Source: an archaeon (GTDB lineage Archaea; Iainarchaeota; Iainarchaeia; Iainarchaeales; CSSED10-239). Taken from it: DNA of 13,007 nucleotides. Under the pieces are notes generated by a model. The model did not search any database, was not told the origin of the DNA, and was given only the letters and a program-made list of their open reading frames with translations. The position numbers were made by a program, and so were the translations under genes. The stretch spans positions 1-13,007 of the forward strand of contig DAOOUC010000016.1 in NCBI GenBank assembly GCA_035390665.1, written 5' to 3'. Positions 7,808 to 13,007 of the stretch are shown here, one piece after another (the first letter of the stretch is position 1; every line of letters starts with the position of its first letter).

Positions 7808-7819
7808 ATTTAAATATAT
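7808..7819. promoter_or_regulatory. TATA-like element (TTTAAATATATA) in the tspO / ABC divergent intergenic region
   Basis: Ends 50 nt before ATG 7869 on the + strand. On the - strand it lies 28 nt from the tspO M1 codon. Near-palindromic A/T sequence that could serve either direction. Confidence 0.35.
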
Positions 7820-7868
7820 AGATTGTATATTATTTAGGCAAAATAATCTAATTTTTAAAGTTGATAAG

Positions 7869-8663
7869 ATGAATAAAGAAAACATAATAGAAGTAAATGA
7901 ACTTAATAAAAGTTATGGGAAACTACAAGTGCTTAAAGATGTAAATTTTTCTGTTAAGAAAAAAAGCATCTTTGCTTTTCTTGGGCCAAATGGTGCCGGA
8001 AAGTCAACAACTATAAAGATATTAACCACTATTCTTCAACCAGACACAGGAAAAGTGTTAATTAATGGAAATAATCCACTTAAAGATTCAGATAAAGTAA
8101 GAAAAGACTTTGGAATAGTTTTTCAAGATCCTTCAGTTGATGAAGAATTAACTGCTTATGAAAATCTAGATATGCACGGTATCTTTTATCGTGTTCCAAA
8201 AAACGAAAGAAAAAAAAGAATAGAAGAACTAATGAAGATTGTTGAACTATGGGATAGAAAAGACGAGTTAGTTAAGAACTTTTCAGGAGGAATGAAAAGA
8301 AGATTAGAGATTGCTCGAGGATTACTTCATTATCCAAAAGTATTGTTTCTTGATGAACCAACAGTTGGTTTAGATCCACAAACAAGAAATCACATTTGGG
8401 ATTATATAAAGAAAGTAAACAAAAGAGAAGGAACAACAATATTCTTTACGACACATTATATGGATGAAGCAGAAAAGTATGCAGATAGTATTGCTATTAT
8501 TGATCATGGAAAAATTATAGATATAGGAACAAGTAAGGAACTTATTAAAAAAACAAAAACAAAAACTTTAGAAGAAGCATTTATTAAAATTACAGGATAT
8601 AGTATAAGAGATGAAGAAGCAAGTACTCTAGATAGAATGAGAATGATGAGAAGAAGACATTAA
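7869..8663 (+). CDS. ABC transporter ATP-binding protein (DrrA/ABC-2 exporter type)
   Basis: Walker A GPNGAGKST, Q-loop FQDP, signature FSGGMKRR, Walker B LFLDEPTVGLD, H-loop TTHYMDEA. I prefer the start at ATG 7869 (MNKENIIEV). The 28 codons upstream in the ORF track run through the divergent promoter and have no homology-like content. Confidence 0.9.
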   Translation: MNKENIIEVNELNKSYGKLQVLKDVNFSVKKKSIFAFLGPNGAGKSTTIKILTTILQPDTGKVLINGNNPLKDSDKVRKDFGIVFQDPSVDEELTAYENLDMHGIFYRVPKNERKKRIEELMKIVELWDRKDELVKNFSGGMKRRLEIARGLLHYPKVLFLDEPTVGLDPQTRNHIWDYIKKVNKREGTTIFFTTHYMDEAEKYADSIAIIDHGKIIDIGTSKELIKKTKTKTLEEAFIKITGYSIRDEEASTLDRMRMMRRRH

Positions 8664-8678
8664 AAGGAAAGATAACAG

Positions 8679-9425
8679 ATGAACACAATTGGAATATTAT
8701 GGTTAAGACAAATTAAAAGACACTATAGATCAAAAGCAAGACTTATTGGTTCTTTTTCTATGCCTTTGTTATTTTTATTAGCATTTGGATTTGGATTTGG
8801 TTCAATTTATGCTCAAGCAGGACAAGGAGACTATTTTCAGTTTCTTGTTCCAGGCATAATATCTATGACAATTCTATTTACTTCTGTAATGTCCGGAATA
8901 GAGATTATTTGGGATAGACAATTTGGTTTCTTGAAGGAAACATTAGTAGCTCCAGTATCTCGTTTAGAAATAATGATTGGAAGAACTCTTGGTGGAGCAA
9001 CCGTTGCCTTTGCACAAGGTTTTTTGTTTTTAATATTGTCTTTGTTTTTTGGATTTCGCATTATTTCTTGGACAATGTTGCCAATTGCTCTCCTCTTTAT
9101 GCTTTTAATAGCAATCTTTTTTGCAGCTTTAGGCACAGCCATTGCCTCTCTTCTAGACGATATGCAAGGTTTTCAATTGATAATGAATTTTCTAATAATG
9201 CCAATTTTCTTTTTATCAGGTGCAATGTTTCCAATTGATACTGCTCCAAAAGCAATACAAATTATTTCTAAGTTTAATCCATTAAGTTATGGAGTAAGTG
9301 GTATTAGAAATTCTTTATTAGGGGTTTCTCAAGGCAACATTTGGTTTAATCTTATAATATTGTTTATTCTAGCAATAGTGATGCTTGTCATTGGATCTAA
9401 GCTATTTTCAAAAATGCAGGTATAG
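8679..9425 (+). CDS. ABC-2 type transporter permease
   Basis: 248 aa, ~6 TM segments. The N-terminal LWLRQIKRHYRSK and the overall ABC-2 membrane pattern fit this family. 15 nt downstream of the ATPase gene. Confidence 0.85.
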   Translation: MNTIGILWLRQIKRHYRSKARLIGSFSMPLLFLLAFGFGFGSIYAQAGQGDYFQFLVPGIISMTILFTSVMSGIEIIWDRQFGFLKETLVAPVSRLEIMIGRTLGGATVAFAQGFLFLILSLFFGFRIISWTMLPIALLFMLLIAIFFAALGTAIASLLDDMQGFQLIMNFLIMPIFFLSGAMFPIDTAPKAIQIISKFNPLSYGVSGIRNSLLGVSQGNIWFNLIILFILAIVMLVIGSKLFSKMQV

Positions 9426-9434
9426 GTGAAATAA

Positions 9435-9821
9435 ATGTATACAGGATATTTAATTTCAGAGTCTTTTAAAAACCCAGAGTTTCTAAATAAACTTAATGTC
9501 AAAAATGTAAAAGTAGAATATTTTAAAAACGCAAAAGGGACAGGAACAAGTCTAAAGGTTTGGCATCTTTTCAAGGTTGGGGTTTCTGAAAAGAATATTG
9601 AAAAAATTTCAAAAATGATTTCTAAGAAAATCAAGGTTTCGTGGTATGTTCATTTCTATAATAAAAAGAAGTTATATCTAATTCTAACAGACAAAATATT
9701 TGTTATGCCAATGGAAGAAAACTTTAAATCTAAGGAATATCAAGACGCTTTTAAATATTCAGTAACCAAAGGCAAAATAGAAAAGAAATATATGTTTACA
9801 AAAGCTAAAGAAATAATCTAA
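9435..9821 (+). CDS. Hypothetical soluble protein (128 aa), probably co-transcribed with the ABC-2 operon
   Basis: Long ORF beginning 9 nt after the permease stop, same strand, with no TATA-like box in between. I recognise no family motif. Confidence 0.6.
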   Translation: MYTGYLISESFKNPEFLNKLNVKNVKVEYFKNAKGTGTSLKVWHLFKVGVSEKNIEKISKMISKKIKVSWYVHFYNKKKLYLILTDKIFVMPMEENFKSKEYQDAFKYSVTKGKIEKKYMFTKAKEII

Positions 9822-9833
9822 ATTGAATAAATA

Positions 9834-9844
9834 ACATATATAAA
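9834..9844 (+). promoter_or_regulatory. Archaeal TATA-box promoter element (ACATATATAAA), copy 2
   Basis: Exact 11-mer. Its last base lies 49 nt before ATG 9893, the same spacing as copy 1. Confidence 0.5.
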
Positions 9845-9892
9845 TCCATATTATCTTATAGATATTTATTAATAATATAAGGAGAAATAAAT

Positions 9893-10120
9893 ATGGATAA
9901 AGAAAAAAATGAAAACCCAACTGTTGCTTTAGCAGGAACTATTTGTGCTTTTGCAGTAGGGATTGCAGCTTTAATTGTAATCTTTGCAAAAAATTATGCT
10001 TGGATAATTATATTTACAACATTAACTTTGTGTTTCTTTGGAATAGCACTAGCAAAGAAAGATTGTTCTTGTGGTCCAAATTGTGAATGTAATACAAAAC
10101 CAAAAGATAAAAAAAAATGA
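9893..10120 (+). CDS. Small two-TM membrane protein with a cysteine-rich basic tail (CxCxxxCxC)
   Basis: Two hydrophobic helices (VALAGTICAFAVGIAALIVIFA, YAWIIIFTTLTLCFFGIALA), then KKDCSCGPNCECNTKPKDKKK (Cys motif nt 10064-10090). GGAG Shine-Dalgarno at 9882-9885. ACATATATAAA box at 9834-9844. Confidence 0.65.
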   Translation: MDKEKNENPTVALAGTICAFAVGIAALIVIFAKNYAWIIIFTTLTLCFFGIALAKKDCSCGPNCECNTKPKDKKK

Positions 10121-10130
10121 TGCTTTAACT

Positions 10131-10529
10131 ATGCCAACATTAAGACCAGCAAGAAGATTATCTCCTAAAGTCCTTGAAGATATAAAAAAAAGGAGAATAG
10201 AGAAATCAAAACCAAAAGTGCCCATTGATTATCAAACAAAGGTCTTAAAAGTTGGTGCAGAAATAAAAGCACTTAAGATTATAGCCGAATATGATCCAAT
10301 GTCTATGAAAGGATTAACAGTTGATACATTAAAACAAATAGAAACAAACATTTTAGATTTAACAAGAAAAATAACAGAAGAAATAGAAATATTAAAGAAA
10401 GCAAAATTAGAAAGAAGTAATCTTGCAGGCTTAAATATAGAGATAACTAATTTTGAAAGGCAGAAAAAAGAATCAGAAAAGATTATTGCTATTCTTGAAT
10501 CCAAGATTAAAGAAAAAACAAGACAATAA
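10131..10529 (+). CDS. Hypothetical coiled-coil protein (132 aa from ATG 10131)
   Basis: Basic N-terminus (MPTLRPARRLSPK...KRRIEKSKPK) followed by heptad-rich K/E/I/L sequence. The ORF-track start at 10071 (GTG) overlaps the upstream gene by 50 nt, so ATG 10131 is preferred. A T7 run follows directly after the stop. Confidence 0.6.
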   Translation: MPTLRPARRLSPKVLEDIKKRRIEKSKPKVPIDYQTKVLKVGAEIKALKIIAEYDPMSMKGLTVDTLKQIETNILDLTRKITEEIEILKKAKLERSNLAGLNIEITNFERQKKESEKIIAILESKIKEKTRQ

Positions 10530-10536
10530 TTTTTTT
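10530..10536 (+). terminator. Oligo-T (T7) archaeal-type terminator after the coiled-coil gene
   Basis: TAATTTTTTTAA directly follows stop codon 10527-10529. The next gene has its own TATA box 11 nt further on. Confidence 0.4.
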
Positions 10537-10546
10537 AATTCTAAAA

Positions 10547-10557
10547 ACATATATAAA
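10547..10557 (+). promoter_or_regulatory. Archaeal TATA-box promoter element (ACATATATAAA), copy 3
   Basis: Exact 11-mer. Its last base lies 23 nt before ATG 10580, which would give a leaderless or near-leaderless mRNA. Confidence 0.5.
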
Positions 10558-10579
10558 TCTTATTCTCTTTATATTTAGT

Positions 10580-11704
10580 ATGAATAAAGGTTCTAAAATT
10601 TTTGTAATTGTATTATTAGCAATAATACTTATCTCTATTGTTTATATATTTAATAATAAAATTAATGATTTAGAAGATAAATATAATATTCTAAATAATC
10701 GATATATAAAACTAAATCAAGAACATGAACAACTAATTGAAGAAAAGCAAGAATTAGAAGATCAGTTTAATGATCTTACAGCTGATTTTAAAGACTTAAC
10801 AGAAAATTACAATTCTAAGGTCTTAGAAAACAAAGAGAAAGATCAAGAAATTAATTCTTTAACAAACAACTATAATAATGTTCTAGAAAACTATCAAACT
10901 CTTAATAACGAAGTAGGAATATTTAAAACAAGAATAGAAGAATCCATGGATTGGTTTAAGAATAATTCTACTCTTGATAATCTTTCAAATCAAAGAACTA
11001 TAAAAAATAATCTTAAAAAATGTGTAACTTGCGAAGAAGAATTATGTTATATAAAAACAGCCTGTATTTATGTTATTAATCAAGAAGAACTATATCTAAA
11101 ATATGCCTTAGATTCTCAAACTTCTGGACAAGAAGACAAATTACAAACACTTGAGCAATTTCTTTTACAAAAAAAAGGAGACTGTGAGGATTTTTCTTTA
11201 TTCTTTGCTGCAGAGTTAAGATATTTGATTGAGTATGTTAATTCTCAAGAAAAAACACCAATCATTGAAGCAATTGTAGAATCAGATACTTCAAGAAGTT
11301 ATGAAATTGTTGGTAGATGGTATTACCCAGAAGGTATAGAAAAAAAAATAATTTCTAAAGAATATAGTTATCCTTATGTTGCTTGTGGTAACATTTTTGA
11401 TCCTAATACTCAAGAGATTGGAGGACATTGTTTGATAATGCTTTCAGAAGAAGAAATAAATGAAAGTCAAGATATTGAGGACTTAGACAACATAGAATTA
11501 CTAGAACCACAAAATGGATTATATATTGGAAAAGCTAAAAACAATGGAATATTTGAAACAAAAAATTCAGAAAATCAAGTTGGGCAAATAATTACAAGTG
11601 CTGACTATTATATGCACAATTCTATTCTTTACAGCAACAATACAGAAAGTCATTGGTATAGTTATGGTTATTATTACAATAAGATTATAGAATTAGAACA
11701 ATAA
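10580..11704 (+). CDS. N-terminally membrane-anchored coiled-coil protein with a C-terminal transglutaminase-like (papain-fold) Cys-His-acid core
   Basis: Signal anchor IFVIVLLAIILISIVYIF. Residues ~27-120 are coiled-coil-like with reiterated NYN/LEN motifs. GDCEDFSLFFAAELR (C202, nt 11183-11185), GGHCLIML (H283, nt 11426-11428) and LLEPQNG (E309, nt 11504-11506) match the order and spacing of the transglutaminase-core triad. ACATATATAAA box ends 23 nt before the ATG. Confidence 0.7.
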   Translation: MNKGSKIFVIVLLAIILISIVYIFNNKINDLEDKYNILNNRYIKLNQEHEQLIEEKQELEDQFNDLTADFKDLTENYNSKVLENKEKDQEINSLTNNYNNVLENYQTLNNEVGIFKTRIEESMDWFKNNSTLDNLSNQRTIKNNLKKCVTCEEELCYIKTACIYVINQEELYLKYALDSQTSGQEDKLQTLEQFLLQKKGDCEDFSLFFAAELRYLIEYVNSQEKTPIIEAIVESDTSRSYEIVGRWYYPEGIEKKIISKEYSYPYVACGNIFDPNTQEIGGHCLIMLSEEEINESQDIEDLDNIELLEPQNGLYIGKAKNNGIFETKNSENQVGQIITSADYYMHNSILYSNNTESHWYSYGYYYNKIIELEQ

Positions 11705-11760
11705 ATTAATTAATTTCCTTCCAATAACTCCCTTTTTGTATTTTAATTGATTTTCGGGTA

Positions 11761-11800
11761 GATAATTATCGAGATTAGAATCACCGAAAAATATTGTTTA
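11761..11800. terminator. Inverted repeat TTTTCGG-N26-CCGAAAA with a nested 10-bp palindrome, between convergent genes. Possible bidirectional terminator.
   Basis: 7-bp arms at 11761-11767 and 11794-11800. Perfect palindrome GATAATTATC at 11771-11780. A T-run leads into the stem on both strands (TTTT on the + strand, TTTTT on the - strand). Confidence 0.35.
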
Positions 11801-11830
11801 TGGAGATTTAAATCGCAATATGTTTTCTTA

Positions 11831-12493
11831 CTATTTTAATTTCTTTTCTAATTGATTATAGTATTCTAAACTTAATTTCCTTATGTCTTTTAGTATTGGG
11901 ATAATAATTTTTCTATCCTCTAAAAGATTTAATCTTTCTTCAAACCAAGTTATCCAAACATCTTTTCCGGATTTTTCTACTTGGTATTTGATTTCATCTA
12001 AGATAACATTCCAGTTAGGGTTTGTTCTAGCAATTGATTGACAATCATCAATATCTCCATCTCTGTCTGTGATGCTTTTGAAAACTAAGATGTCTTCTAA
12101 GGAACAAGCAAATAGTTTAATATTTTTGTATTCCTTTATTAGTTTTGCTCTTTTAATCATGTTTTCACTAAGGAAAAGATTATTACACACAATCTTATTA
12201 AAAATATCAAATCTGTAATTGTCTTTGATTAGTATATTTTCTAAATTTAATTTATGGTATTCTCTTGTTGGTTTTTCAAGTGTGAAATCATTTTTCTTGA
12301 GTGTATTGATCAATGATTCATATTCTTCTTTAGAGTTAACAATTAAGTCTATGTCTTTTGTTCCCGGTTTTGCATTATGATACAGTAGTACTGCTCCGCC
12401 TATCAGGTAGACATTTATCTTATTTCTAATATTTTTGTCAATTTCATCGAATGCTTCAGATATTTGAGTAAAATCAGTTATATATTTTTCCAT
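11831..12493 (-). CDS. Nucleotidyltransferase-fold protein (minimal NTase; AbiEii/DUF6036-like)
   Basis: LIGGAVLLYHNAKPGTKDIDLIV (nt 12347-12400) is the G-G/S...D-x-D NTase active-site strand-helix motif. A third acidic residue lies in RFDIF. The downstream SLEDILVFKSITDRDGDIDDCQSI resembles the (S.EDLI..K..A.R.KD..D) helix seen in this NTase group. Confidence 0.7.
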   Translation of the reverse strand: MEKYITDFTQISEAFDEIDKNIRNKINVYLIGGAVLLYHNAKPGTKDIDLIVNSKEEYESLINTLKKNDFTLEKPTREYHKLNLENILIKDNYRFDIFNKIVCNNLFLSENMIKRAKLIKEYKNIKLFACSLEDILVFKSITDRDGDIDDCQSIARTNPNWNVILDEIKYQVEKSGKDVWITWFEERLNLLEDRKIIIPILKDIRKLSLEYYNQLEKKLK

Positions 12494-12500
12494 TTTTTAA

Positions 12501-13007
12501 TCACATCTTTATATCATATACTTTTGCTTTTTCTTTTATTTCTTTTAGTGGAGGATATCTGTCTATTTTTTCTCCGGAAAATATTTTATTAAGGTTATCT
12601 AGTATTTCGTGCTTAATGTCTTTAAACTCGTCTTTGTATTTATAATAGAATAAAGCAAGATACATTCTGTCTCTAAATTCTTTTGTTTTTTCTACAATTG
12701 CTAAGGTGTGTAGTAGTATTTCTTGTTTAGTTAATTTCTTTTTAGGAAGGTAATAGAAGTTTTCAAGAGTATAGATAAGTAAATTATAGTCTTTAAACGC
12801 AGAAAAGGAAGTTAATGTTGCATCTATATTTTGTTTTATTGAAAACACAATTTCTTTTTCGTTTTTGTAGTAAATTGTTGAACCAACAGGCACTCTATAA
12901 TCATAGTTTCCTTGAAAACTTTTATATTCTTTTAAAAAATCAATTAAATCTGGCCAAACACTATAATTAACTATATATTCTTTATTTTCTTTAATAAATA
13001 TAGATCT
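12501..13007 (-). CDS. Hypothetical protein, 5'-truncated at the window edge; upstream partner of the NTase (possible AbiEi-like antitoxin/regulator)
   Basis: The frame is open to nt 13007 (...RSIFIKENKEYIVNYSVWPDLIDFLKEYKSFQGNYDYR precedes the GTG at 12893), so the gene begins outside the window. It stops 7 nt before the NTase ATG. I recognise no motif in the visible part. Confidence 0.6.
   Translation of the reverse strand, partial: RSIFIKENKEYIVNYSVWPDLIDFLKEYKSFQGNYDYRVPVGSTIYYKNEKEIVFSIKQNIDATLTSFSAFKDYNLLIYTLENFYYLPKKKLTKQEILLHTLAIVEKTKEFRDRMYLALFYYKYKDEFKDIKHEILDNLNKIFSGEKIDRYPPLKEIKEKAKVYDIKM

Noticed and set aside
7551-7808. 85-aa minus-strand ORF overlapping tspO in another frame
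   Set aside because: The tspO frame has the family motifs and TM pattern. This alternative frame is a by-product.
7785-7868. 28-codon N-terminal extension of the ABC ATPase in the ORF track
   Set aside because: It runs through the divergent promoter and TATA-like region, and it starts 4 nt from the tspO start on the other strand. The canonical ABC N-terminus begins at ATG 7869.
8837-9142. 101-aa minus-strand ORF inside the ABC-2 permease
   Set aside because: Antisense shadow ORF. Its K/P-rich translation mirrors the hydrophobic codons of the permease.
9329-9634. 101-aa minus-strand ORF spanning the permease/orphan junction
   Set aside because: Antisense to two same-strand ORFs, with no start context. 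Kept only as a caveat, because the 128-aa plus-strand orphan is itself unassigned.
10071-10130. GTG-initiated 20-codon extension of the coiled-coil ORF
   Set aside because: It overlaps the upstream gene by 50 nt. The internal ATG at 10131 is the simpler start. The open frame is still noted in the A9 frameshift finding.
10232-10504. 90-aa minus-strand ORF inside the coiled-coil gene
   Set aside because: An antisense translation of a K/E-rich coiled coil naturally gives an open F/S/I-rich frame. There is no upstream promoter-like box.
1-13007. Scan for tRNA/rRNA genes, CRISPR repeat-spacer arrays, IS elements or integrases, and long direct repeats
   Set aside because: I found no G/C-rich cloverleaf-like islands, no regularly spaced repeats and no transposase- or integrase-like ORFs. 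The only recurring exact DNA motif is the 11-mer promoter box. By-eye scanning can miss short ncRNAs.

Overview
This is a strongly AT-rich, gene-dense 13-kb window with 17 supportable CDS. I could not recognise any rRNA, tRNA, CRISPR array or transposase by eye. The gene content and signals suggest a small-genome archaeon, probably DPANN-like; that lineage call is inference only. Archaeal-type evidence: deoxyhypusine synthase, a class III (archaeal type IV pilin) signal peptide, A/T-rich TATA-box promoters including an ACATATATAAA box present three times, and oligo-T terminators. Bacterial-type genes sit alongside these: UvrB, a PlsC-like acyltransferase, TspO, HicBA and a DrrA/ABC-2 exporter. 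Gene order: 5'-truncated surface repeat protein; dys overlapping a PlsC-like acyltransferase; CYTH protein; large pilin-like surface protein; uvrB (-); hicB-hicA; tspO (-); ABC ATPase, ABC-2 permease and a tightly appended orphan; a small 2-TM Cys-rich protein plus a coiled-coil protein; a membrane-anchored coiled-coil/transglutaminase-like protein; then, on the minus strand, a two-gene nucleotidyltransferase module that runs off the right edge. The best candidates for something undescribed are: (i) the run of four consecutive unassignable genes at 9435-11704, ending in the anchored transglutaminase-like protein; (ii) the AbiE-like NTase pair at 11831-13007; and (iii) the pilin-type surface protein that shares an Ig-like module with the truncated surface protein at the left edge. 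All family assignments come from motif recognition by eye. No database search was run.
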